A stretch of 64,000 nt of DNA from Candidatus Falkowbacteria bacterium (GCA_018674305.1 JABHAL010000001.1:4635-68634), one strand, 5' to 3'; shown: positions 18,801 to 28,467, counted from the first letter of the stretch. A program made the numbers and translations. Notes: generated by a model not told the origin, from the letters alone.

Positions 18801-18939
18801 ATCTGACTCCTATTTTTTCTGTTTCAAATTTAAGAAAGACTATCTCGTCCTTTCAAAGAACTATATATAATAACAAAAAATGATACTCTTGTCAAATGAC
18901 TAACCACCAGCTTAAGCTGGTGGTTTTTATCAGAACAAA

Positions 18940-18968
18940 AAACCCGCATTAATGCGGGTTTTCTTATT
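18940..18968 (-). terminator. rho-independent terminator after rplL
   Basis: cccgcattaatgcggg stem flanked by A6/T-run. Confidence 0.7.
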
Positions 18969-18977
18969 CAAGAAGTT

Positions 18978-19445
18978 TTATTTTAAGTTAACTGTTCCAC
19001 CTGCTTCCATTAATTTCTTTTTCATTTCTTCAGCTTCTTCTTTCTTAACAGCTTCTTTGATGACCTTAGGTGCAGCATCAACTAAATCTTTGGCATCTTT
19101 TAGACCTAAACCTGTAATTTCTTTTACTACCTTGATCACAGCGATTTTGTTTTCACCACAACTAGCTAATTCAACATCAAATTCACTTTTTTCTTCAACT
19201 GCAGCTTCTGCTCCAGGAGCAGCGGCCATAGCCATCATAGGTGCAGCAGCGCTAACACCAAACTTATCTTCTAGGATCTCAACTAATTCAGCTAGATCCA
19301 TAACAGTCATTTTTTCAATTTCTTCTACCAATGACTTAAATTTTGCAGGAACTGCAACTTCTTTTTTTTCCTCCACAGTTGCTGGAGCTTCAGTTGCCAC
19401 GTCCTTTGTCTCCTCTACTGGAGCTGTTGTTTTTTCGTCTGCCAT
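18978..19445 (-). CDS. rplL: 50S ribosomal protein L7/L12
   Basis: N-terminal dimerisation/Ala-rich hinge and C-terminal [16 protein letters not shown]...AGGTVNLK. Confidence 0.95.
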   Translation of the reverse strand: MADEKTTAPVEETKDVATEAPATVEEKKEVAVPAKFKSLVEEIEKMTVMDLAELVEILEDKFGVSAAAPMMAMAAAPGAEAAVEEKSEFDVELASCGENKIAVIKVVKEITGLGLKDAKDLVDAAPKVIKEAVKKEEAEEMKKKLMEAGGTVNLK

Positions 19446-19517
19446 ATTTAGTATATTGTTATATTGCTATATTGTTATATTGTTATATACAATTTAACAA
19501 TTTAACAGTTTAACAGT
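19446..19517. repeat. tandem repeats (TATATTGT x4, then AATTTAACAG x4) filling the rplJ-rplL spacer
   Basis: tatattgttatattgctatattgttatattgttatatacaatttaacaatttaacagtttaacagttt. Confidence 0.7.
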
Positions 19518-20039
19518 TTATTTATTTTCTTTTATTGCATTTAATACATTAACTAAACCACGAAGGTTACCGCTCAGCACATTAACAAATCCAGTAACTG
19601 GTGCTTTGATCGAACCAACGACTTTGGCCAGTAATTCTAGTTTGCTTGGTAGATCTGCTAACTTGCCAACTTGCTCAGCTGAAACAAGTGTTCCTTCTAA
19701 TACTCCGCCACAAAAAACTACCTGGCTGTGAGTCTTAGCAAAATCTTTCAGAATTTTTGCTGGAGCTACTTCATCCTCTCCACTAATCGCAATTGCTAAT
19801 CCACCAGTCATAGACTTTGTATCAGCATCTTTAATACCTGCTGACTCCAATGCCAATTTCAATAATGTTTTCTTCACTGCAACAAATTCCACATTTTGTT
19901 CTTTGCATTTTTCACGCAAGACTTGTGAATCATTCACAGTTAGACCTTCATGATTGGCAATTACTAGACCTTTTGCGTCTTTAATTTTTGCAACTATTTG
20001 ATCAATAGCTTCTTGTTTTTGTTGTTTTGTCTTCGCCAT
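19518..20039 (-). CDS. rplJ: 50S ribosomal protein L10
   Basis: MAKTKQQKQEAIDQIV...L10 family; upstream of rplL. Confidence 0.95.
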   Translation of the reverse strand: MAKTKQQKQEAIDQIVAKIKDAKGLVIANHEGLTVNDSQVLREKCKEQNVEFVAVKKTLLKLALESAGIKDADTKSMTGGLAIAISGEDEVAPAKILKDFAKTHSQVVFCGGVLEGTLVSAEQVGKLADLPSKLELLAKVVGSIKAPVTGFVNVLSGNLRGLVNVLNAIKENK

Positions 20040-20300
20040 ATATTAAAGGAGGGATAAGGAGGCTATAGGAGATAACTATGAATTATTAGATTTTAGTTAT
20101 CCTCTTGCCCCTCTATATCTTCTTTATCTTATAATAATTAAAAAATCTGCGTTAAATTCCGCAGACATATCTAAAAAAGGATATATTCCTCGACAGGTAA
20201 TTAAGCCCCTGATAAAATAAGGACACCCGTTGTCTACGGAGATTAATTTAATTGTTATAGATATTATAAAGTAAATTTTAGATTACGTCAACCCCACTAA
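20040..20300 (-). promoter_or_regulatory. rplJ promoter (TTGACG, 17 nt, TATAAT at ~20265-20293) and ~215-nt leader, putative L10 autoregulatory leader
   Basis: consensus promoter on the gene strand; long structured leader typical of rplJL operons; leader ends in a CU-rich tract instead of an SD. Confidence 0.4.
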
Positions 20301-20371
20301 ATTCACCTAAAATTACTACAACGTGAGCACTTTGCGAAACAAAAAAGAGGCTCCCCTTGCCTCTTGTGTTT

Positions 20372-21691
20372 TTATTCCAATTGAATCATTACTTCTGGAG
20401 CAATTGGATTTTGCTTGAATTTTTCCACAAAAATCTTTTTTACAATCGATTCCCTTTCAAAAGTTAGGAGCGTCGGATCATGCAAGACTTTTGACTGTCT
20501 AAGTTCTTTTTCGACATCAAAGGATAAACCTGTTACATGTTGATCAATTGATGATTGCAATACATCAGTTCGTGCCCATTTATCCAAAGCTACATGAAAC
20601 TCAATATCATCATTGATATCAAGTACATATTGGATCCTACTTTCAAATATAAAATTCTGTTCATTAGGTAAAACAGCATTCAACCGAAAATGCATTTTGA
20701 ACTCTCCATTTAACCGTAGTCCGGGCTCAATGGAATAGTATAAAGGACTGACTGACGCCTCTGTCCACTGCATAAAAGTATCTGTTTCATCCTGACTTAA
20801 ACGGGCTATTGGTCTATTTAGCTGTCGATCAATAACCACAAAACTTTTTTCCTGACCATTACTATCTTTATTAACATGAGTCCAATCGAAGCACCTACCA
20901 GCAGAAAACAGAACCAAGCTCGTCAAGATGAAACTTATCACCGTTATAGACAAGTGACGCCATTGCCAATGCATTTTTGTTCTTAATCCATAACTAGTAT
21001 AGTGTAGAAATAAGAAACCAGTGATATACACAATCCAAATCATAGCCATCAGTGGGATTGGAAAAAACTGGTACGCATGAACAGAAAATAACACCAAAGC
21101 ACCAATAGCACACACTTGGCTAAGTAAAAAAGCACTTCCGAAAACTGCTATAAAAACTAAATCACCAACAAATTCTAATTTACCGCCCCAAGATCGAACA
21201 ATACCCATATATTCAACTTTAACATTACCATTGACCAAGGTTATTTTCTCCTCGGTCCTATTGTGAATTCGATTACGCAGTTGATTCCAACGGTCACTAA
21301 CATCTGCACGCCACAGTTCAAACTTACTCAATCTTTTTTTAATATATTGCAAGTCTTGAGCTGAGCCTTCAAGCATGAACTTGAGCACTGGCCAGTGAAT
21401 AGACTTAATTGGTCGAGTAGAATACCCATCAAATCGGAAACTTTCCTTATTGTACTCAGACTCACCCGTTAGTAAATGGTAAACAGAAACACCAAGACTC
21501 TGCAAAGATACCGACACATCGCCAACTCTGTGCATTACTTCAAACTTCACCCTACCGACACTGGAAATCATGAGCCGAGTTGGAGTGAATAATGGAAACT
21601 CTCCCTTTTTCTCACCTTTGACTACTTCCTTAAATAACACTCGAAGCAACAAAAGCACTCTGTCATCATATTGTGATGATTCTTTTTCCAT
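20372..21691 (-). CDS. membrane protein with N-terminal protein-kinase C-lobe-like (pseudokinase) region
   Basis: DVSVSLQSLGVSVYHLLTGESEY resembles kinase subdomain IX (DVWSLGV.LYELLTG..PF); HRD/DFG equivalents are degenerate; 4-5 TM helices mid-protein. Confidence 0.4.
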   Translation of the reverse strand: MEKESSQYDDRVLLLLRVLFKEVVKGEKKGEFPLFTPTRLMISSVGRVKFEVMHRVGDVSVSLQSLGVSVYHLLTGESEYNKESFRFDGYSTRPIKSIHWPVLKFMLEGSAQDLQYIKKRLSKFELWRADVSDRWNQLRNRIHNRTEEKITLVNGNVKVEYMGIVRSWGGKLEFVGDLVFIAVFGSAFLLSQVCAIGALVLFSVHAYQFFPIPLMAMIWIVYITGFLFLHYTSYGLRTKMHWQWRHLSITVISFILTSLVLFSAGRCFDWTHVNKDSNGQEKSFVVIDRQLNRPIARLSQDETDTFMQWTEASVSPLYYSIEPGLRLNGEFKMHFRLNAVLPNEQNFIFESRIQYVLDINDDIEFHVALDKWARTDVLQSSIDQHVTGLSFDVEKELRQSKVLHDPTLLTFERESIVKKIFVEKFKQNPIAPEVMIQLE

Positions 21692-21797
21692 GTGATATTC
21701 CTCCTAGATTTTAATGTACAATTTTCATCAGAAAAGTCATTTTCAAAATCACTACTCTGATGAAAGCAGCACTATGTTTCGTGCTGCTTGTGTTTTT

Positions 21798-24200
21798 TTA
21801 GTTCATTGTTGGGTCACTTGGTACCGGTGTCGAATTAGACTGACTTCCACTTCCTGGATAAACAGCAGATTTTCTACTGATTCCCAGTCTTTCTTCGGCT
21901 TCAGACAAAGTCTGCTCCCAGCCCGTTGGTCTAAAGCGCTTAGAACTACATCGAAGTGCCATCACAGTTTGCCGATCCATATCAATAGGGTCTGTTTGCA
22001 TTTCCCAATCTGCAACTGCCTGGATCAAGTGTTTGGCTTCAACTATTTCCTTACCATTATCTTCTGCAATTAGATCAGCTTCACGTACCATCCAGTCGAT
22101 GTCAGCCCCCGTAATATAGAGCCTGTCTTTAGCGGCTTTGGCGAACCGGGTAAAGTCTGACAGTTGAGTTGGAATATCGTATTCGTTGAACTTAACTGCA
22201 AAAATCTGAGCCATGTCTTCTACCGTAGGCAGAACAAAGGGAATAACTTCATCGGTCCGGCCTTTTCGCCGGTAAGCAGAATCCAGTAAATCCTGCCTAT
22301 TGGTTAACCTAACCCAAATCACTCTACCCCGTCTCCTTGGATCAGAACAAAACTCAAACTTTTTCTTACGCATCCGGTTTGACACTCCAGCATCGCCACT
22401 TGCCGAATCGCGAGACCCCTCCGATTGATCAGCTTCATCTTCAATCACCACCACCGGCGACATGTCATCAATAATTCCTAGAATTTCATCTGTATTTTGT
22501 TCAGAGATGCCTTGCCACATGGATCGGAGTGTTCCAATACTCAAGCAGTTAAGGCCGGTCTCATGAGCAAAACACATCCAACAGGTTGTTTTGCCAGTAC
22601 CTGGTGGACCAGGTGACAAAATGCCAACTGGCACGCGTCGGTAAATCCCGTTTAGCATGTAGTACTGCAACTTTTGCAAATACTCAATCAGTTCAGGTCG
22701 ACCACCAAAATGATCATACCCGTATTCAGGATTTAACACATTAATTCGACCACCAAATTCATTCTGCAGTAAAGCTCTTTTTCGCTTGCGAATACTAGCT
22801 AAACTGATCCCCTGTCTTCGCACTACACTCAAACGATAAACCTCATCGATTTGCCGTAAAGACAAACCATTAGTCGCTCGACTAAGCATAGCAGGGGCTA
22901 GGCCCTCTTCCATTTCAACAGCTGTCTTGGTGGTCAAAAATCCCCAACGATCAGCTCGTTGCTCCTGCGTTGGTTTGGCAACTCGAATTGGCACAATTTC
23001 TGTATGCCCCTCGCGAATAGCCGGGTCCAACCGGGAAAGTTGCGGTGTGATCAGAAAGACTAGTGTGCCCGAATCTCTTACTCGATGATCCATTGCCCAA
23101 CGCTGAAGAGTTTCTGATACAATTCGGTCTCCCCGACCTTGCCCTTGGCTAGCATTGTAAGGAAACACATTATCCGCAAAGTTAATAACTAACACCTTGG
23201 GAGATGGTTTACGCTCTTTTCTTTCCCTTTTTGAATCACCAATCAAGGCTTTTTCCAAAAGCGGGAAAACTTTTTCTGGCATAGTACCAATCAAATCCTG
23301 CAAGGGCGTATTTTGCCGACTGGTGTTAAATGCATCAGCCAACTTTTGTTCACCACCTGAACCTGATCGTCTAGATCTACCACCATGACTTTCAGGTGGC
23401 GGCTGAGCTTCAGATTTTGGCATATATAAGTCACGAAAAGTATCTTCCATTTCTTCGTCAGCAAATTGCAGACCAGCTGAAAGACAATAATACATAATCA
23501 GCTTGCGCTGACTAAATATTTCTTCCAGATACTGCTGCAAAGTCAGATAAACACCTTTTTGATTTTGCTGCAAATCAGCAACATTACCCCACAGCGCAAA
23601 CACATGGCCAAACTTAGCTCGTCTTTTTTCATCAAGCTCAGTTAACCAATCAGCCATTGGAGTAAATTCATGTGTTCCTTCAACAGCAAATTCCTTAGCA
23701 GGTGATTCATTGACTTTGAGCTTTTGTTTGGCTTCTGGTGTAAAAACACTCAGTTCGCACCAAACATAGCGCTTACCATCATACTTGAACTGCTTAGGGA
23801 ACCAGGGCTTTTTCTTGTCCTTATTAGAAATTTCCTGCCCATCTTTAAAGGTTGCAAACTCAACCAACAAAGCATTGGTATAAGGGTTTATTGCGCGAAC
23901 AATTCCATTCAGATGTTTCGCCTTGCCACGTTGTGGTGTTACTCCATCACTTATCTTGTACAACAAGTCTGGCCGCTCAAATAAGATCAAGCCTTCCGCA
24001 GAAACTGGGGTTACCATTTTCTTTGTGGTCATGTTTTCTAACCACAGATTTTCCGTACCCTCAACTCCCTTGACTAGAAACTTGGCAATTTTTGAACGTC
24101 CCTGCTGAAAAGAAACTTGCACCACAATATCGTTCGCTCGAAACCCCCACAAAACTTTTTCTGTATCGATAGTTGAATTGCCTTCACGAAAACTTACCAT
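21798..24200 (-). CDS. AAA+ ATPase, 800 aa: N-domain, degenerate D1 and active D2
   Basis: Walker A GPPGTGKTT, Walker B VVVIEDEAD, C-terminal lid GADIDWMVREA...AKHLIQAV; the preceding ~200 aa look like an ATPase fold without a P-loop. Confidence 0.7.
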   Translation of the reverse strand: MVSFREGNSTIDTEKVLWGFRANDIVVQVSFQQGRSKIAKFLVKGVEGTENLWLENMTTKKMVTPVSAEGLILFERPDLLYKISDGVTPQRGKAKHLNGIVRAINPYTNALLVEFATFKDGQEISNKDKKKPWFPKQFKYDGKRYVWCELSVFTPEAKQKLKVNESPAKEFAVEGTHEFTPMADWLTELDEKRRAKFGHVFALWGNVADLQQNQKGVYLTLQQYLEEIFSQRKLIMYYCLSAGLQFADEEMEDTFRDLYMPKSEAQPPPESHGGRSRRSGSGGEQKLADAFNTSRQNTPLQDLIGTMPEKVFPLLEKALIGDSKRERKERKPSPKVLVINFADNVFPYNASQGQGRGDRIVSETLQRWAMDHRVRDSGTLVFLITPQLSRLDPAIREGHTEIVPIRVAKPTQEQRADRWGFLTTKTAVEMEEGLAPAMLSRATNGLSLRQIDEVYRLSVVRRQGISLASIRKRKRALLQNEFGGRINVLNPEYGYDHFGGRPELIEYLQKLQYYMLNGIYRRVPVGILSPGPPGTGKTTCWMCFAHETGLNCLSIGTLRSMWQGISEQNTDEILGIIDDMSPVVVIEDEADQSEGSRDSASGDAGVSNRMRKKKFEFCSDPRRRGRVIWVRLTNRQDLLDSAYRRKGRTDEVIPFVLPTVEDMAQIFAVKFNEYDIPTQLSDFTRFAKAAKDRLYITGADIDWMVREADLIAEDNGKEIVEAKHLIQAVADWEMQTDPIDMDRQTVMALRCSSKRFRPTGWEQTLSEAEERLGISRKSAVYPGSGSQSNSTPVPSDPTMN

Positions 24201-24215
24201 TGGCTACCTCCCCTT

Positions 24216-24407
24216 CTATCCGCAAGGGCTGTCGGTCGTAACATCGACCCTAAAACCCGCTTTTTGAAGTAGCACTAGGAACAACTGACTTCCTTTATGA
24301 CCGTCCTGGGAAAAGTCCTGCAAAACTAGTCGACCGTCGATAAAGTCAATCACAACGTCATAATGACGTCTTACTTTTGGATCAAGTTTTTTGACGTTTT
24401 TTGACAT
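24216..24407 (-). CDS. small protein (63 aa), paralog of 24382..24606
   Basis: MSKNVKKL...LQKAGFRVDVTTD shares the MSK start and AG(K)(M)GFRVD motif with the neighbouring small ORF; SD-like ggaggtag before the next gene. Confidence 0.35.
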   Translation of the reverse strand: MSKNVKKLDPKVRRHYDVVIDFIDGRLVLQDFSQDGHKGSQLFLVLLQKAGFRVDVTTDSPCG

Positions 24408-24606
24408 GGACTTCCTCCACTTGAGCCTCAGGACGACGACTACCCCCTTCTTCCTCAGTATCAACCCTAAATCCCATTTTACCAGCCAACACCTTAAAAA
24501 GGGCCATCTTGGCTTGACAACGTTTTCCTCCGGGATCACCAGGACAATGAACATCCATGATCAACTTACCATCTTCGACTTTAACGTCTACAATGTCCTT
24601 GCTCAT
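24382..24606 (-). CDS. small protein (74 aa)
   Basis: ATGA start/stop overlap with the upstream 171-aa gene (translational coupling); MSKDIVDVKVEDGKLIMDVHCPGDPGGKRC...AGKMGFRVDTEEE. Confidence 0.45.
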   Translation of the reverse strand: MSKDIVDVKVEDGKLIMDVHCPGDPGGKRCQAKMALFKVLAGKMGFRVDTEEEGGSRRPEAQVEEVHVKKRQKT

Positions 24607-25118
24607 GATACGCTCACCCCCTGAAAACTGATCGACTCAATTTTCCCAGTGCTCGAATTTTGTCGCGTTGACAACTCTGAAACCTCATGACCAGTTGCTC
24701 TCATCAAAGCCAACAGAGTTTCACTCAACATCAGGTTGACAAACTCTTGTTCCAGCAAATCCGCAGCCTTAGCTGTTTCACCCTCGGCGCGATAGAATTG
24801 AACCTGACCATTGTAATTATGGACACCCACGGCCAAGCCGTAAGTCAACCCACTTGGCTTAACAACTCCACGAAATTGCGTGTTGTTATAGCTTCTGATT
24901 CTTTCACCACGATCCATCAGAGCAAGCTCAACGGTTGTGTCTACTTCATCTCGATAACGATTCAAGACTCGATCAAGGCATTCCATGATCAAGTCAGCAG
25001 AATCAAAATCTCTGGCAACTACGGCTAACTGCTCATCAAGAGCAGCTAACTCTTCCATGGCTTCTTCCACAACTTGTGGCACGTCAATACAGACACCTGC
25101 AATCAACACTCTACTCAT
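24603..25118 (-). CDS. hypothetical protein, first gene of the GC-elevated cassette
   Basis: strong SD GAAGGAGGT before the ATG; ~48% GC. Confidence 0.45.
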   Translation of the reverse strand: MSRVLIAGVCIDVPQVVEEAMEELAALDEQLAVVARDFDSADLIMECLDRVLNRYRDEVDTTVELALMDRGERIRSYNNTQFRGVVKPSGLTYGLAVGVHNYNGQVQFYRAEGETAKAADLLEQEFVNLMLSETLLALMRATGHEVSELSTRQNSSTGKIESISFQGVSVS

Positions 25119-25247
25119 TGGAACCTCCTTCTCGTTGGGTTACACAAATGTAAAGAACACACTAACTACCTATACTTTTATTATAACTTGTCAAATTTTA
25201 AATAGCTAGCATTTGACTCTATATCTTAAAACTTTTTTTTAGTTAAA

Positions 25248-25292
25248 TCAATAAAAAACTCATGCTATACCATTTAACATGAGTTTTAGTCA
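25248..25292 (-). terminator. rho-independent terminator after pyrH
   Basis: aaactcatg...catgagttt stem then tttttatt on the minus strand. Confidence 0.55.
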
Positions 25293-25307
25293 AATTTACT
25301 TATTTTT

Positions 25308-25994
25308 TTAGGCAATTGTGGTGCCAATAAAATCATTTCCATTTAAAAAAGCCGCAAAGTTTTCTACATTTGTACCATTCATAAAAACAACTTTAAGACC
25401 AATCTCCTCAGCCAACTTGCAGGCCAATGGATCAAGCGGAGTGTTGGCTCCAGGAATCCATTCGTCTCCAACAATGGCCTTTAAATCTGCCCAAGTCATT
25501 TTTTCAATTGGTTTAGCATCATCAAACTTGCGAGGATCTTTGTCGTACACATAATCAACATTAGTTAAAATAACTAAAGTTGAAATCTCTTGTTTTGCTG
25601 CAACCTTTACTGCCACATAGTCAGTAGAGTTACCCGGCTTCCAACCACCACCAACCACAATATTTTCTTTGACTTCAGGTAAACTGGTCGGGTCAGTGAA
25701 AATTGTTTTGCTAGCGGCTTCACCCAAAAGAGTAGCCAGGAAAAATGCATTCAAGTGTGTAACCTTAATTCCCAGCCAATCCAGAGATTCAGAACTGAGC
25801 TTAGTAACCTGCTCAGCCCGACGATTAAATTCACGACATGGCCAACCTCCGCCTACCACAATGTAGAATTTTTTGTCTTTGGCTTGTTCAATTAAAAGAG
25901 TTCTTAACTTCTGAAGAAACTCTGATTGAAAATCTTTAGGCATAACAATTGAACCACCTAAATCAATAACAAATTTTTGCATATAGAAAACCAC
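25308..25994 (-). CDS. pyrH: uridylate kinase (amino-acid-kinase family)
   Basis: IVVGGG and VDYVYDKDPRKFDDAKPIEKMTWADL resemble the PyrH G-loop and VDGVY.ADP region; true start probably MQKF (25982). Confidence 0.7.
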   Translation of the reverse strand: MVFYMQKFVIDLGGSIVMPKDFQSEFLQKLRTLLIEQAKDKKFYIVVGGGWPCREFNRRAEQVTKLSSESLDWLGIKVTHLNAFFLATLLGEAASKTIFTDPTSLPEVKENIVVGGGWKPGNSTDYVAVKVAAKQEISTLVILTNVDYVYDKDPRKFDDAKPIEKMTWADLKAIVGDEWIPGANTPLDPLACKLAEEIGLKVVFMNGTNVENFAAFLNGNDFIGTTIA

Positions 25995-25999
25995 CTTAG

Positions 26000-27280
26000 T
26001 TATTTAAATATTAAAAACTCAGCATATAAAACAATGGTTACAATTATAACAAATGGTACAGTCGCGATTATTCCATATTTTGTAAAATCCCACAAACTAA
26101 TTTTATGTTTCTTCTTTTTAATTAAATGAAACCACATTATCCCAGCCAAAGAACCGAGAATCGTAATATTGGCACCAACATTAGAACCAATAATAATTGC
26201 ATAAGCAATAATATCTTGTTCAACCGACTTTACATTATACAGAATTGAAGAAAGTAAAGCGGTTGACGGAATATTATTAAAAATTCCACAAATTAAAGTT
26301 ACCAGAAACGACACAGCAAGAAAAACATAATAAGAAGCTCCAACTACTACGGAATCCAATCGCTGAATAATGTCATAAAGTAAGCCGGTACTAATGAAAC
26401 CATATAAAAGGATAAACAATCCTGTAACCAAAACAACTACGTTCCAAGGTAAATCTTTCAACAGTTGTTTAATTTTTATTTGTGAAACAAAAATTGCCAA
26501 CAAGGCACATATTGCAGAAACTATCCATAATTCCAATTTTATTAATGGAGCGACCGCAAAAAATAGCATTAGAACTAAAAGCATCACCACAAAAATTCGA
26601 CACTGATATTTGTTTTTTATTATTTTACTAAGATCAGTTTTTTTCTCTTTGTATTTAAGGTTAAATTCTTTATAAAAAACTTTTTTCAAAATAAAATATA
26701 TTGCGATTAAACCTAAAATTGTTGGCAAAAACATGTAAAGCAAATTTTCTAAAAAAGCAATGTCAAAAACCATAGACACGATAAAATTTGTGGGATTGGA
26801 AGTAATCTGTCCAATCGAGGCTGTATTAGCCACAACAAACATGGAAATCAAATATCCCCGAGCTTTTATTTTAGTGTACTTAGTAAAATATAAAATAAAT
26901 GGAGTCAAAGTCAAGATAACAATATCATTTGCAGCAACATAACTAACTACAGCCGACAACACAAAAAGATATTTATACAATTTCAAGCCATCATGCTTAG
27001 CCAATTGAATAGCTTTTATTGATAGATACTCAAAAAAACCAAGTTCATCAAGGCCGGTTGATAAAATAGCAAATGTTATAAAAAATACCAAAACAGCATA
27101 AGGCTTGACTACATCAAATGATATCAAGGCTTGACCTAAATCCGTAAATCTAAGTATCCCAGTAATTAACAAAAATATTATTGCGATAAAAACATAAATA
27201 CTTTCTGGAACATTCAAAGGACGAAAAAAAATTGCCAAAAATGTTACAACGATAACGATTAGAAAAATCCCCTCCAACAT
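26000..27280 (-). CDS. ArsB/NhaD-superfamily anion permease
   Basis: ~12 TM helices with an internal repeat; YbiR/ArsB-like topology. Confidence 0.55.
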   Translation of the reverse strand: MLEGIFLIVIVVTFLAIFFRPLNVPESIYVFIAIIFLLITGILRFTDLGQALISFDVVKPYAVLVFFITFAILSTGLDELGFFEYLSIKAIQLAKHDGLKLYKYLFVLSAVVSYVAANDIVILTLTPFILYFTKYTKIKARGYLISMFVVANTASIGQITSNPTNFIVSMVFDIAFLENLLYMFLPTILGLIAIYFILKKVFYKEFNLKYKEKKTDLSKIIKNKYQCRIFVVMLLVLMLFFAVAPLIKLELWIVSAICALLAIFVSQIKIKQLLKDLPWNVVVLVTGLFILLYGFISTGLLYDIIQRLDSVVVGASYYVFLAVSFLVTLICGIFNNIPSTALLSSILYNVKSVEQDIIAYAIIIGSNVGANITILGSLAGIMWFHLIKKKKHKISLWDFTKYGIIATVPFVIIVTIVLYAEFLIFK

Positions 27281-27281
27281 A

Positions 27282-28418
27282 TTAATTTAATAACTTTATT
27301 AACTTTTTCGATTGTTCAGACCAATTAAACTTTTGTTCTACTCGCAACTTTCCTCGCTGACCCAACTCTTGTGCACGACGTGGGTTTTGCAGCAATAAAA
27401 ATATAGCCTTGGCTATTTCACTCTCACTAAGTGGATTCACTAATAAGCCATTAACTCCCTCCTCGACAGCTTCAACTGCTCCACCTGCACGTCCAGCAAT
27501 TACCGGCTTGCCATAACAATTAGCTTCCAAGTAAACAATTCCAAAACCCTCAATGTCACCATCGTCCAGTTGCCGGCTTGGCATTATAAAAATATCTGAC
27601 AAATGATAAAACAACGGCACTTCTTTATTCATAACATCCGAAAAGAACAAGACACTTTCTCCCAAATTAGCTCCTTTTACCTGATTCTTCAATTTGTCTA
27701 ATTCTGGACCTTGACCAACAATTAAATAAACCACATTGGGGAATTTTTGGATTACTCTTTGCATAGCTGCAATAACTTTATCATGTCCCTTGCGCTCAAC
27801 CAATCGTCCAACCGTCAAAAGAATTTTTTTGTTATGAAGTTTAAATGATTTCTTAAATTCTTCAAGCCTGTCTGAATCAATATTTTCATAAACAAAATTT
27901 GGGCAAGGATAAACCGTACTTACTGGTTGAGAAATTGAACAAATCGAATTTAATAATTCATGTGTGTATTTACTGTTGGTCACAACACCTGAAGCATTAC
28001 GACAAATTAAACGTAGTAACCATCTTTTTCGTGGACGAACTTGGGTCATAGCAACATCCAAACCATGAACAGAAATCAAATATGGAATTTTAAATATTTT
28101 TTTCATCAAATACGCTACTGTTCCAGTTGGTAAAACATGAGCTACAATTAATCGTTGAATCTTTTCTTGACGAACTAATCGCCAAGTATGCCAGAAAAGT
28201 GGTAACCATTTAGGCCACATCCACTTTAAATTTGAAATTATATTTTTCCGATATATTAGATAGTTTTGTTTAATGTCAAAATCCAAGGTGTTATTATATT
28301 CAGAAGCCAAAACGACAAAATTATCCGCAGGTAACTGCCGACATAAATTAGACCAATAATTAGCCACTCCGCCAAACATCGGAGGGAAATCAATTGTAAT
28401 TAATAGTGTTCTCTTCAT
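27282..28418 (-). CDS. glycosyltransferase family 4
   Basis: EGFGIVYLEANCYGKPVIAGRAGGAVEAV E-x7-E motif region. Confidence 0.8.
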   Translation of the reverse strand: MKRTLLITIDFPPMFGGVANYWSNLCRQLPADNFVVLASEYNNTLDFDIKQNYLIYRKNIISNLKWMWPKWLPLFWHTWRLVRQEKIQRLIVAHVLPTGTVAYLMKKIFKIPYLISVHGLDVAMTQVRPRKRWLLRLICRNASGVVTNSKYTHELLNSICSISQPVSTVYPCPNFVYENIDSDRLEEFKKSFKLHNKKILLTVGRLVERKGHDKVIAAMQRVIQKFPNVVYLIVGQGPELDKLKNQVKGANLGESVLFFSDVMNKEVPLFYHLSDIFIMPSRQLDDGDIEGFGIVYLEANCYGKPVIAGRAGGAVEAVEEGVNGLLVNPLSESEIAKAIFLLLQNPRRAQELGQRGKLRVEQKFNWSEQSKKLIKLLN

Positions 28419-28467
28419 TTATAAACTTTATGTGTACAAACGCGATTAATCGCGTCTCTACTTTTAC

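Noticed and set aside
24216-24554. 112-aa ORF as a single gene
   Set aside because: Its 5' two-thirds overlap the better-supported, translationally coupled 74-aa gene in another frame. Only its 3' part (from the internal MSKNVKK) is kept as a 63-aa paralog.
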